Positions 47,090 to 56,343 of a DNA stretch of 64,000 nt are shown piece by piece. The stretch lies in assembly GCA_022425325.1 (NCBI GenBank), contig JAKMFW010000015.1:15937-79936 (forward strand). The letters are read 5' to 3'. A program made the position numbers and the translations under genes. The stretch comes from Acidimicrobiales bacterium. GTDB lineage: Bacteria > Actinomycetota > Acidimicrobiia > Acidimicrobiales > Aldehydirespiratoraceae. Numbering within the stretch: position 1 is the first letter of the stretch; each line of letters starts with the position of its first letter. A model generated the notes under the pieces. It was given only the letters and a program-made list of their open reading frames with translations. It did not search any database and was not told the DNA's origin.

Positions 47090-48637
47090 ATGGAACACAA
47101 CATCGGCCAGTGGGTGGCCAAGCGCGCCCTCCTGAACCCCAACAGCGAAGCCATCGTCGACATCACCAGTGGTCGGCGCCAGACCTACGTCGAACTCGAC
47201 GCCCGATGCAACCAGGTCGGCAACGGCCTTGTCTCCGGCGGCCTCGCCCAGGGCGACCGGGTCGCCACCTTGTTGATGAACGGTCCGGAGTTCGTCGAGA
47301 CCTTCTTCGGCGCCGCAAAGATCGGCGGCGTGATCGTCGCACTCAACTGGCGTCTCGTCGCCGACGAATTGTCGTTCATCCTCAACGACTCCGGCGCGTC
47401 CACGCTCGTGTTCGGCACCGCCTTCAACGAGGTGGTGGCCGAACTCCAGTCACGCGGCACCGATGGCACCAAGGTCACCCGTTGGATCCACGTCGGCGAC
47501 GCCGCCGATCGCCCCGACTTCGCCGAAGGCTACGAGGACATGATCAGCGCCTCGTCCTCGGCGCCGATCGTCAGCACCGCCGGCGACGACGACCTTCTCT
47601 TCATCATGTACACCTCGGGCACCACCGGCCTGCCCAAGGGGGCGATGCACAGCCACAACACCTCCATGTGGGGCTGCCTGACCGCCAATGTCACTGCCGA
47701 TACCCGCTACGGCGACAACTATCTGATCTGCCTGCCGCTGTTCCACGTCGGTGCGCTCAACCCGATGCTGTCGATCATCAACCTTGGCGGCACGGCGACG
47801 ATCATGAGCGAGTTCGATCCCGTGAAGATCTGGGAGGTCTTCGGCGAGGAGAAAATCACCGTCACGCTCGCCGTGCCGGCGATGTTGCAGTTCATGCTGC
47901 TCACCTACGACAAGGACGCGCACGACACCTCGTCGCTTCGTTGGGTCATGTCGGGTGCGGCGCCGGTGCCCGTCAGCTTGATCGAGACCTATGCCGCGAT
48001 GGGTATCGAGATCCACCAGGTGTACGGCCTGACCGAGACGTGCGGCCCGGCCTGCCTGATCTCCCCCGACGACGCCCTCGACCGCGCCGGCTCCACCGGC
48101 AAGGAGTTCTTCTTCACCCGGGTTCGCGTGGTCAACGAAGCCGGCGATGACTGTGGACCGGACGAGCCCGGCGAAGTGCTGGTCAAGGGGCCGCACATCA
48201 TGGTCGGCTACCTCAACCGCGAGGACGCCACTGCCGAGTCGATCGTCGACGGATGGCTGCGCACGGGCGACGTCGCCGTGATGGACGCCGACGGTTTCGT
48301 CTACATCCAGGACCGCGTCAAGGACATGATCATCTCCGGCGGCGAGAACGTGTATCCGGCCGAGATCGAGAACGCGATCTTCGGCATGGAAGGCGTGAAC
48401 GAGGTCGCCGTCATCGGCATCCCGTCGGAGAAGTGGGGCGAATCGCCGCTGGCCGTCGTGGTCCGCGCCGACGACTCCGTTACCGAAGACGCCGTGCTTG
48501 AACACGTGTCCGGCAAACTCGCCCGTTTCAAGCAGCCCAAGAAGGTCGAGTTCGTCGACGTAATCCCCCGTAACCCCACGGGCAAGGTGCTCAAACGGGT
48601 GCTGCGCGATCAGTTCGCCGATGTCTCGGCCGAGTGA
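47090..48637 (+). CDS. Acyl-CoA synthetase (AMP-binding, FadD-like)
   Basis: YTSGTTGLPKG, YGLTE, GWLRTGD, DRVKDMIISGGENVYPAE, PRNPTGK. Confidence 0.95.
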   Translation: MEHNIGQWVAKRALLNPNSEAIVDITSGRRQTYVELDARCNQVGNGLVSGGLAQGDRVATLLMNGPEFVETFFGAAKIGGVIVALNWRLVADELSFILNDSGASTLVFGTAFNEVVAELQSRGTDGTKVTRWIHVGDAADRPDFAEGYEDMISASSSAPIVSTAGDDDLLFIMYTSGTTGLPKGAMHSHNTSMWGCLTANVTADTRYGDNYLICLPLFHVGALNPMLSIINLGGTATIMSEFDPVKIWEVFGEEKITVTLAVPAMLQFMLLTYDKDAHDTSSLRWVMSGAAPVPVSLIETYAAMGIEIHQVYGLTETCGPACLISPDDALDRAGSTGKEFFFTRVRVVNEAGDDCGPDEPGEVLVKGPHIMVGYLNREDATAESIVDGWLRTGDVAVMDADGFVYIQDRVKDMIISGGENVYPAEIENAIFGMEGVNEVAVIGIPSEKWGESPLAVVVRADDSVTEDAVLEHVSGKLARFKQPKKVEFVDVIPRNPTGKVLKRVLRDQFADVSAE

Positions 48638-48670
48638 CCGCTTCCGCCCGGTGACCATCACGGCGACGGC

Positions 48671-49765
48671 GTGAAGACCCTCGTCGTCGGAGGGACGGGA
48701 CCAACGGGGCCGGCCATCGTGGCCGGCCTCGCCGCGCGCGGCCATGACATCACGATCTGCCACACCGGCAGTCACGAGCTCCCCGAAGTCGACGGGTACC
48801 GCCACATCCACACCGATGTTCGCGACCACGACGCGCTCGCCTCGACGATCGGCTCCGAGGCGTGGGACGCCGCCATCGTCACCTACGGCCGCCTCCGCAC
48901 GATCGCCGAGGTGTTGCGCGGGCAGGTCGGGCACTTCGTGTCGGTCGGCGGTGGCCCCGCCTATCGCGGCTACTTCGACCCGTGGCGCCACTCACCACCC
49001 GGGCTGCCCGCACCGGTGGCCGAGGACGCGCCCACCTCGACCGAAGCCGACGACGGCAAGTCCTACCGCATCGCCGCCACCGAGCGGCAACTGTTCGAGC
49101 ATCAGCCCGAGGCGACCCACTTCCGCTACCCATGGGTCTACGGACCGCGGCAGCTCGCGCCTCGCGAGTGGTCGGTGGTGCGCCGCATCCTCGACGACCG
49201 GCCGCACATCGTGCTGCCCGACGGCGGCGCCATGCTCAACACCTTCGGCTTCACCGAAAATCTTGCGCACGCCCTGCTGCTCGCCGTCGACCAACCCGGG
49301 CAGGCCAAGGGCGAGATCTTCAACGCCGCAGATGACGAGTGCCTGACCATCCGGCAGGTGGTGGAGATCTGTGCCACCGAACTGGACCACGAGTGGGAGC
49401 TCATCTCGATGCCCGCCGATCTGGCCCGACCGGCATGGCCGTTGCTGGCCGGCCCAACCTCGCATCATCGGCTCTACGACACGTCGAAGCTGCGCACCCG
49501 ACTCGGCTACCACGACGTCGTTCCCGCCCGTGAGGCCGTCGCCCGAACAGCTCGCTGGCTTGCGGACAACCCGCCGGACCGCGGCGGTCAAACCGAGCAG
49601 ATCATCGAAGATCCCTTCGACTACGAGAACGAGGACCTCCTGATCGAATGGTGGCGCACGGCAGTCGCCCGGCCGCCTGAGCTCGCGTGGCGGTTCCCAC
49701 CCGGCTACGGCCTGGCCTATGCCGGCCCGGGGACGAGCTATCAGCGCCCCGACACGCGCATCTGA
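48671..49765 (+). CDS. NAD-dependent epimerase/dehydratase family protein
   Basis: LVVGGTGPTG, FRYPWVYGP, GEIFNAAD. Confidence 0.82.
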   Translation: MKTLVVGGTGPTGPAIVAGLAARGHDITICHTGSHELPEVDGYRHIHTDVRDHDALASTIGSEAWDAAIVTYGRLRTIAEVLRGQVGHFVSVGGGPAYRGYFDPWRHSPPGLPAPVAEDAPTSTEADDGKSYRIAATERQLFEHQPEATHFRYPWVYGPRQLAPREWSVVRRILDDRPHIVLPDGGAMLNTFGFTENLAHALLLAVDQPGQAKGEIFNAADDECLTIRQVVEICATELDHEWELISMPADLARPAWPLLAGPTSHHRLYDTSKLRTRLGYHDVVPAREAVARTARWLADNPPDRGGQTEQIIEDPFDYENEDLLIEWWRTAVARPPELAWRFPPGYGLAYAGPGTSYQRPDTRI

Positions 49766-49784
49766 CCTGCGCCGCCGCGAGCGA

Positions 49785-50675
49785 TCAGTCGACTCGGCTG
49801 CTCAGGAAGGCCCCGGTGAGCACGATGATCGTGCCGGCGATCGCCCAAGCGCTCACGGTCTCGTCTCGGAACACCACGCCGAGCACGATCGACACGAGTG
49901 GGATCACATAGGTCACGATCGACATCCGCACGGCGCCGACTCGGCCCGTGAGCCACCCGGCGAAGGCGTAGGCGATGCCCGTACCGCCGATCCCCACTGC
50001 CGCACATGCGGCGAGCGAACCCCACGAGAACGATGACTGCGCGCCGTCGACCACACCGAACGGCACGCAGATGAGCGTGGCGATGCCGAGGGCCCGGCTG
50101 ATTACCGGCAGGCTGCCGTACGCGCGTTGGAGTGGGCCGGCGAGGTTGACGGCAACGCCGTAGGACGAGACAGCGATCAGGACGAGCACCACACCAGCAG
50201 CATTGGTGCCGGCGACCTGGGCTTCGGGCAACGAGATGACGAGGATGCCGACGAGTCCGACGAGCACACCGAACAGTCGGCGCGGGCCGGTTTGCGTGCC
50301 GAACGCAAGCCACGCGATCAGCACGGTCATCAGCGGCATACCGCTGTTGAGCATCCCGGCGACCGACGAGTCGATCCACTGCTGCGCGATGGGGAACATG
50401 GTGAGCGGGAACGCCATCCACGTGACACCGAGCAGCGCAATCCTCGGCATCGCCGCGCGGGGCACCGGCTGGCGGGCCGCAGGAACAAAGAGCAACGTCA
50501 GCGCACCAAACCCGACTCGGAGCAAGGTGACGAGCCCCGGTTCGAAGGACTCGAGTCCGATTGCCATGAAGAGGAACGAGCCGCCCCAGATCAGCGAGAG
50601 CGACAACAGCACCGACCACTCGGTCGGGGCCATCGGCCGATCTTCGGCTGCGGGCTCGATCTCGGGCGCCGTCAC
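49785..50675 (-). CDS. DMT/EamA family transporter
   Basis: IWGGSF, ten hydrophobic segments, GTGIAY, VTYVIP. Confidence 0.9.
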   Translation of the reverse strand: MTAPEIEPAAEDRPMAPTEWSVLLSLSLIWGGSFLFMAIGLESFEPGLVTLLRVGFGALTLLFVPAARQPVPRAAMPRIALLGVTWMAFPLTMFPIAQQWIDSSVAGMLNSGMPLMTVLIAWLAFGTQTGPRRLFGVLVGLVGILVISLPEAQVAGTNAAGVVLVLIAVSSYGVAVNLAGPLQRAYGSLPVISRALGIATLICVPFGVVDGAQSSFSWGSLAACAAVGIGGTGIAYAFAGWLTGRVGAVRMSIVTYVIPLVSIVLGVVFRDETVSAWAIAGTIIVLTGAFLSSRVD

Positions 50676-50761
50676 GAGTGCGACGCTACCGGCGCTTGGT
50701 CGCGACCCCCTCGGCGTCTTCGGACGCGAGCGGTTCGCGCCGGAGCGCTAGCGTGCGGCCG

Positions 50762-51910
50762 ATGCCGATCAGCCGCTTCGTCCCGATCTCGCTGTTCGTG
50801 CAGGCCGCATCCGTCGGCATGGTCTTCGCCCTCCTTCACGAGGTCCAGGACGAGAACAATCTCTCGACCACCAGCATCGGCCTAATCAGTTCCGCCGGCC
50901 TCTTGGCCGCCGTGTTCGGCCAGGTTGGCCTGGCACCGCTCGCCGATCGCGGCAAGGGCCGCGAACTGATGGTCGGCGCCATGGTGGTCGGTTCACTCGG
51001 TGCCGTCGGCTTTGCGCTCGGCGATGACGTCTGGCAGTTGGTGGCCGCCCGAGCGATCAGCGGTGCTGCGCTCGGCGCGTTCGACCCGGCAGCACAGGCC
51101 TTGGTCACGACCCGAAATCCGGATCGCGCCGGCGAACTGCTCGGCAAGCTGATCGGGGTGCGCACCGCTGGCTTCCTGATCGGACCCGGGCTCGGTGTGG
51201 TTGTCGCCGAGTTCGGCAACAACGACACGCCGTTCTTCGTGACCGGTGTGCTGTTGCTGGCGCTCGCGCCTGGCTTGGCCCGCATCGCCCCGACGGCGGC
51301 CATGCCGGTGCCGCCGAGCGGTCCCACGAGCCGAACCACCATGTTCCGCCGCCGGTCCACCCTCGCTGCGATCGTCCTCACCGCCGCCCTCGTGATGCCG
51401 GTCGGGTTGTACGACGCCATCTGGGCGATCCTGATGGACGACCGGGGCGCTTCCACCCTCTTCACCGGCCTCACGCTCAGCTTGTACGGCGTGCCGTTCA
51501 TCTTGCTGGCGCCATTCGGGGGCAGGCTGGCCGATCGGCACGGGCCGCTGCGCACCTTGCCGCTCGCAATCCTCGGCGTCATCGGCGTGACCGTGCTCTA
51601 TGGCGCGCTCGAGACGCCAGGGATCCTGATGTCCTTTGCGATGGTCGAGGCGACGTTCAACGCGGTCGCCTTGCCGGCGACCCAAGCAGCGATGGCCCGA
51701 GCGACTGAGGAGCACGAGCGAGCCCTCGGTTTCGGTGTCGCTGCGGCTGCGGGTCAGGTCAGCGCTGGCATCGCCGCGCTGGTCGCGGCACCGGTCTACG
51801 CCGCCCAGGGCCAGTTCTTCGTCTTCGCCCTGCTGGCGGCCGCCGTCGCTGTCGTCGCGGCAGGCGGGTATGTCCTGCTGCGGAGCGCCTCGACGACAAC
51901 CCCCCATTAG
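50762..51910 (+). CDS. MFS transporter
   Basis: LADRGKGR and GRLADRHG motif A repeats; about 12 TMs; ATG 50762. Confidence 0.88.
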   Translation: MPISRFVPISLFVQAASVGMVFALLHEVQDENNLSTTSIGLISSAGLLAAVFGQVGLAPLADRGKGRELMVGAMVVGSLGAVGFALGDDVWQLVAARAISGAALGAFDPAAQALVTTRNPDRAGELLGKLIGVRTAGFLIGPGLGVVVAEFGNNDTPFFVTGVLLLALAPGLARIAPTAAMPVPPSGPTSRTTMFRRRSTLAAIVLTAALVMPVGLYDAIWAILMDDRGASTLFTGLTLSLYGVPFILLAPFGGRLADRHGPLRTLPLAILGVIGVTVLYGALETPGILMSFAMVEATFNAVALPATQAAMARATEEHERALGFGVAAAAGQVSAGIAALVAAPVYAAQGQFFVFALLAAAVAVVAAGGYVLLRSASTTTPH

Positions 51911-51942
51911 AGCTGACGAAGGGCACGCTCGCGATTCGACCC

Positions 51943-52572
51943 TCAACCCCTGTGGGTCGGGCGTACCAGCGCGGCCCGTTCGGCCTCGCACGCCTCACGG
52001 CAGTCGCACCCCGGCACGTGATCGTTCACCAACCCCATCGCCTGCATGAAGGCGTAGACGGTGGTCGGCCCAACGAAGGTCCAGCCACGCTTCTTCAGGT
52101 CCTTGGCGAGCGCCGTCGACGTGGGCGTGGTTGCGGGAACCGTGAACTGCCCACCAACGTCGCCTTCTCGCTCGCTCGGTTCCCAGCTCCAGACATAGCG
52201 AGCCAGTGACCCTTCGGCCTCGACCAACGCAACCGCGCGCTTTGCGTTGTTGATCGTCGACCGGATCTTCCCCGGGTGGCGCACGATGCCAGCGTCATCG
52301 AGGAGACGGGCGACATCGTCATCGTCGTAGTTCGCCACGACACGGAAGTCGAAGCCGTCGAAGGCGGCCCGAAAGTTCTCTCGCTTGCGCAGGATCGTGA
52401 TCCAGGCGAGGCCGGACTGGAAACCCTCGAGGCAGAGCTTCTCGAAGAGCCGCACATCATCGACCACCGGCCGACCCCACTCGTGGTCGTGATACTCGTT
52501 GTAGTCGGAAGCCGTGCCGGCCCAGCCGCAGCGAACGACACCGTCGTCGCCCGTGACCGGATCGCTGATCAC
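51943..52572 (-). CDS. tag: DNA-3-methyladenine glycosylase I
   Basis: RCGWA, YHDHEWG, LEGFQSGLAW, FVGPTTVYAFMQAMGLVNDH...C; GTG 52572. Confidence 0.95.
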   Translation of the reverse strand: MISDPVTGDDGVVRCGWAGTASDYNEYHDHEWGRPVVDDVRLFEKLCLEGFQSGLAWITILRKRENFRAAFDGFDFRVVANYDDDDVARLLDDAGIVRHPGKIRSTINNAKRAVALVEAEGSLARYVWSWEPSEREGDVGGQFTVPATTPTSTALAKDLKKRGWTFVGPTTVYAFMQAMGLVNDHVPGCDCREACEAERAALVRPTHRG

Positions 52573-52964
52573 AGCATCACGCCGAGCACCAGAGCGCCGA
52601 GCGCCGACACCAACCCCAGCCCCCCGGTGGCGCCGCGCAGCGCAGGCGATGACGTCTGCTGATGGACGAACGCGGCCACGCCGGAACCGACGACAAGCAA
52701 GAGCTTGACCCCGAGCGTGACGTTGTACTCGAACGACTGCCCGCTCGGCAGCGTCAGGATGCTCCAGATGCCGGTGACGACGGCAAGGCCGAAGGCCGGC
52801 CACGCCACCTGACCGAAGCGCCGTGCCACGAGGCGGGGCGCGTCGGCTCCGACCTCGCGTAGGACCGGCACCGCAGCAGCGACCACGAGCTGGCCGCCGA
52901 TCCAGATGCAGATGGCGAGGATGTGAAGCGAGAGACGGACAGTGTCGAGGGTGAACGGCAGCAT
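52569..52964 (-). CDS. Small four-TM membrane protein (CopD-like)
   Basis: LHILAICIWIGGQ, VVTGIW, LGVKL; coupled to tag. Confidence 0.72.
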   Translation of the reverse strand: MLPFTLDTVRLSLHILAICIWIGGQLVVAAAVPVLREVGADAPRLVARRFGQVAWPAFGLAVVTGIWSILTLPSGQSFEYNVTLGVKLLLVVGSGVAAFVHQQTSSPALRGATGGLGLVSALGALVLGVML

Positions 52965-52983
52965 CGCCGCAGACCCTACGAGA

Positions 52984-54165
52984 TCAGACCGCCCGAGCGG
53001 CCAGGGCGAGCCCGTTGGTTCGCATGATCTGTTCGACCTCGGCGGAGTCGAAGCCGCCGAGGTCGGCGACGAAGTCGACCGGGTTGCGAAGACCTTCGGC
53101 ATGCGGCCAGTCCGAGCCGAACAACATGTGGTCGGCACCGACCTTGGCCTTGAGATCGTGAAGGTCGTCCTCGTAGTAGGGCGACACCCACACCTGACGG
53201 GCGAAGACCTCGATCGGATCCTCGGCGAAGGCGTGACGCTGCATCTTGTACGTCTTCTCGAACTTCTTCAGCAGCGGTTGCACCCACTCCGAACCGGTCT
53301 CGATGGTGCAGACCCGCAGGTTGCGATGCTCGCTGAGCACGCCTTCAGCGATGAGCGATGCCAGCGCATCGCTGATCGGCGAGTGGGTCAGCAGGGTCTT
53401 GAAGGCGTTTTGGCGGAAGGCCTCGAACTCGGCGTTGACGCCCCAGTAGTCGGCGAGGAACGAGTAGCCGGCGTCGCCGCTGTGCATCGCGAGCGTGATG
53501 CCGTGGTCGTTCATCTTCTTCCAGAACGGCGCAAACATCGGATCGCCGAGCGAGCGACGCCGTCCGTCTCGACCGAGCACCGACGAGGGCCGCATGTTCA
53601 CAACGCGCACGTCGCGTTCGATCATCCAGTCGAGCTGGTCGAGCGCATGGTCGGGATCGGCGAGCGTGATGTAGCCGGCCGTGATGATCCGGTTCTGGTA
53701 GGCGAAGCCCCAATCTTCGTCGAGCCACTTGTTGAAGCCGTCGAAGGCGGCGAGGGTCGCCTCGACGTCGCGCTCGAGCGCCGATTCCATGCCGACGCCG
53801 AGCGTCGGGAACATGAAGCAGGCCTCAAGCCCCTGCTGATCCATCACGGCGATTCGAGCGTCGCGGTCGCGGTACTCATCGGGGATCGGGACGAGTTCAC
53901 CGAACGCCTCACGCATGTCGGACTTGGCGACCTTGCCGCGGAAGTAGTCGTCGAGGCAGCCCGGGCGGGCCACGGGATTAAAGGTCGGGTTGGGGATGAA
54001 GCGGTTGACCTTGCCGCCGACCAGGAGTCGTTGGCGCCCGTCGATCTGCGCCCATTGCATGCATCGCTTGTGCATCTTGGGATCGACGTGGCGGGTGAAC
54101 GCGTCTTCGGCCTCGTAGTAGTGGTTGTCGGCGTCGAACGCTGCGTAGGGAAGCATCGAACTCAT
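52984..54165 (-). CDS. Amidohydrolase family protein
   Basis: FDADNHYYE, FPTLG, MHSGD, IETGSEW, LFGSDWPHAEG. Confidence 0.9.
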   Translation of the reverse strand: MSSMLPYAAFDADNHYYEAEDAFTRHVDPKMHKRCMQWAQIDGRQRLLVGGKVNRFIPNPTFNPVARPGCLDDYFRGKVAKSDMREAFGELVPIPDEYRDRDARIAVMDQQGLEACFMFPTLGVGMESALERDVEATLAAFDGFNKWLDEDWGFAYQNRIITAGYITLADPDHALDQLDWMIERDVRVVNMRPSSVLGRDGRRRSLGDPMFAPFWKKMNDHGITLAMHSGDAGYSFLADYWGVNAEFEAFRQNAFKTLLTHSPISDALASLIAEGVLSEHRNLRVCTIETGSEWVQPLLKKFEKTYKMQRHAFAEDPIEVFARQVWVSPYYEDDLHDLKAKVGADHMLFGSDWPHAEGLRNPVDFVADLGGFDSAEVEQIMRTNGLALAARAV

Positions 54166-54806
54166 GACTTGATCGTAGATGCGGTGTTCATCGCACCCCG
54201 AATCGAGTCACGGGTGGCGTCGAAGTGACCGGTCTCGTTCAGCGTGGTGAGCGACACCCGCCCGTCGGTCACGGCGAAGCGACAGATCGAGGCGTACTCC
54301 AGTTGGGCGTGAAACGACGCTGGCATCTCGCCGAAGGTCGCTCGGATGATCTCGCGGATCGTGCCGCCATGGCAGCCGATGACGACGTGCTCGCCTGGCG
54401 GGTCGGCGACGAGCTCGCGCCAGACGTTTGCGATCCGCTCGCGGAAAACGTCGGGCGGGTCGTAGCCGATGTCGGCGTAGCGCTTCTCCCCCAACGCCTC
54501 CAGGATGTCGAGGCCCTCGGTCGCCCACATGTCGGTGGGGACGTAGACCGACGAGAAGCGATCGATCTCGTCGAGATCGGCGACGATCGTGAGCGGCACG
54601 TCGAGCTGATCGACGAGTGGCTGCACGGTCTCGATGGCGCGGGCCTTCGGGCTCGCCACGACAGCGTCGACCGGCTCGTGAGCCAGCCAGGCGCAGACTC
54701 GCTCGGCCTGCCAGCGGCCGAACTCGTCGAGTGACGGGTCGGCGATCCCCGATTCGAGCCGTTCGGTCAACGGCCGCCCGTGGCGAACGACAACGAACTC
54801 GGACAT
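54162..54806 (-). CDS. Histidine phosphatase family protein
   Basis: VVRHG, SPKARA, CHGGTI, LNETGH; ATG 54806. Confidence 0.88.
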   Translation of the reverse strand: MSEFVVVRHGRPLTERLESGIADPSLDEFGRWQAERVCAWLAHEPVDAVVASPKARAIETVQPLVDQLDVPLTIVADLDEIDRFSSVYVPTDMWATEGLDILEALGEKRYADIGYDPPDVFRERIANVWRELVADPPGEHVVIGCHGGTIREIIRATFGEMPASFHAQLEYASICRFAVTDGRVSLTTLNETGHFDATRDSIRGAMNTASTIKS

Positions 54807-55483
54807 CAGGAAGCTCCAGTCTCGGCGTCGTCGGGATAGAGCGCTCGGACGACGGCGACGGCGAGCAGGGCGCCGGCGAACTGCATCACGATGAACATCG
54901 GTGCCGAACCGGGATGGATACCGGCGAAGGTGTTCGACAGTGTCCGAGTGACCGACACAGCCGGGTTGGCGAACGATGTCGACGAGGTGAACCAGTACGC
55001 GCCACCGATGTAGGCGGCGACCGCCGACGCAACGAGGTGGCTCCGGCCGGTGCGCACCAAGGAGAAGATCAGCATCATCAGGCCGAAGGTGGCGATGAGT
55101 TCGCCGAGGTACTGGCCGCCACCGTCGCGGACCTTGTCGCTGAGGTTGATCGCATCGAGGTCGAACATGAGGTTGGCGGCCATCACGCCGACGGCACCGC
55201 CGGACAGTTGGGCTGCGACATACGGGCCGAGGTCGACCCATGGCCGCTTCTGCAGCAGGACGTCGGCGAGTGTGACCGCCGGGTTGAGGTGCGCGCCGGA
55301 GATCTCGCCGAACATCAGGATGACGGCGTAGAGCACGCCGACGGTGGCCGCTGTGTTGGCGAGCAGCTGCAACCCGACATCGTCGGTGAGGCGTTCGGCC
55401 ATGATGCCCGACCCGATGACGCCGACGAGAAGGAAGGCGGTGCCGAGGAATTCGGCGAGCAGACGGCGGGCGAGATCGTTCAC
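54806..55483 (-). CDS. MIP/aquaporin family channel (AqpS-like)
   Basis: AEFLGT, SGAHLNPAV, AYWFTSSTSFANPAV; GTG 55483. Confidence 0.9.
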   Translation of the reverse strand: MNDLARRLLAEFLGTAFLLVGVIGSGIMAERLTDDVGLQLLANTAATVGVLYAVILMFGEISGAHLNPAVTLADVLLQKRPWVDLGPYVAAQLSGGAVGVMAANLMFDLDAINLSDKVRDGGGQYLGELIATFGLMMLIFSLVRTGRSHLVASAVAAYIGGAYWFTSSTSFANPAVSVTRTLSNTFAGIHPGSAPMFIVMQFAGALLAVAVVRALYPDDAETGAS

Positions 55484-55507
55484 AGGCGGAGTTGTACTAC
55501 AGCGGGG

Positions 55508-55663
55508 CGGGTTCCCCACGCTGTCGACACCGAGTGTTCTGGGCTTGGGCCCGGCCGGCGATCGCCGTCGACCGGGCCCCAGTTTCCCTGGAGGGGGATC
55601 GGGGGCCGGAAGCCCCCGAGCTGGTGTCAGAACGGCCCTGCATCCGTATGACACCGAACCCGT
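55508..55663 (-). ncRNA. Putative structured non-coding RNA (family not identified)
   Basis: 5' CGGGTTC pairs with 3' GAACCCG; internal hairpins GGTGTCA/TGACACC, TCGGGGGC/GCCCCCGA and GGGCCCGGTCG/CGGCCGGGCCC; upstream promoter. Confidence 0.55.
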
Positions 55664-55668
55664 CAGGG

Positions 55669-55697
55669 ACCTTAGTGCAGCGACGCAACGATGTCAG
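55669..55697 (-). promoter_or_regulatory. Putative promoter of the structured RNA
   Basis: Minus strand CTGACA-N17-TAAGGT with an AT-rich segment upstream. Confidence 0.6.
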
Positions 55698-55749
55698 ATC
55701 CAGATGTAAACAAATCGACACGAGACAGCAACGAAGGGCTGACGTCGGC

Positions 55750-56343
55750 TCAAAATGTGGTGATTCCCCAGGCAAACACATGCTCGTGACCGAGTTCGGT
55801 TCCGGCGAAGGCGTCGGCTACATGTCGATACCGCGACAATGAGGTGAGGAACGAGATCGTCGGCGTAATGGCGTCGAGTTCACCGGCTTCGAGCCGAGCG
55901 AGCGTGTCGGCCGGCCGCTCCCACCACACCTCGACGAGTTCGTCATCGGCGACCTGCGCCTCGCCGCCGGGGTGGCGAGCGAGAAAGAACCGGGTGTCGT
56001 AGCGACGCGGCACCTCCTCGGGGGTCGTCCAGTGGCCCACCGCAGCGAACGCCGTGCCGTCATGCACCTCGTTCGGGTCGGGGAACAGGCCGACCTCCTC
56101 GCGCGTCTCGCGGATCGCGGCGTGGAGATACGCCGCCGCATCGGTAGCGGAAAGTCCGGGAGCCGTGGCGCCGGGCACGAGCGTGGGACCGAGTCGCCAG
56201 TCGTCGTCATCGACGGCGCCGCCCGGGTAGACGATCATGTCGCCGACGAACGCACCGGGTCGCCGGCGGCCGAGCAGCACGTGAAGATCGGGCCGATCGT
56301 CGATCACCACCAGTGAAGCCGCCGGGAGGGCGGGGACCGTCAC
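55750..56343 (-). CDS. NUDIX hydrolase
   Basis: YPGGAVD, AAIRETREEVG, WTTPE...RRYDTRFF. Confidence 0.9.
   Translation of the reverse strand: MTVPALPAASLVVIDDRPDLHVLLGRRRPGAFVGDMIVYPGGAVDDDDWRLGPTLVPGATAPGLSATDAAAYLHAAIRETREEVGLFPDPNEVHDGTAFAAVGHWTTPEEVPRRYDTRFFLARHPGGEAQVADDELVEVWWERPADTLARLEAGELDAITPTISFLTSLSRYRHVADAFAGTELGHEHVFAWGITTF

Noticed and set aside
55484..55749. tRNA-Sec, SRP RNA or a known riboswitch (SAM-IV, TPP, FMN, cobalamin, c-di-AMP)
   Set aside because: No UCA anticodon arm or T-loop, no SRP CAGG-GNRA-AGCA core, and no conserved riboswitch cores recognisable by eye; left as an unidentified RNA
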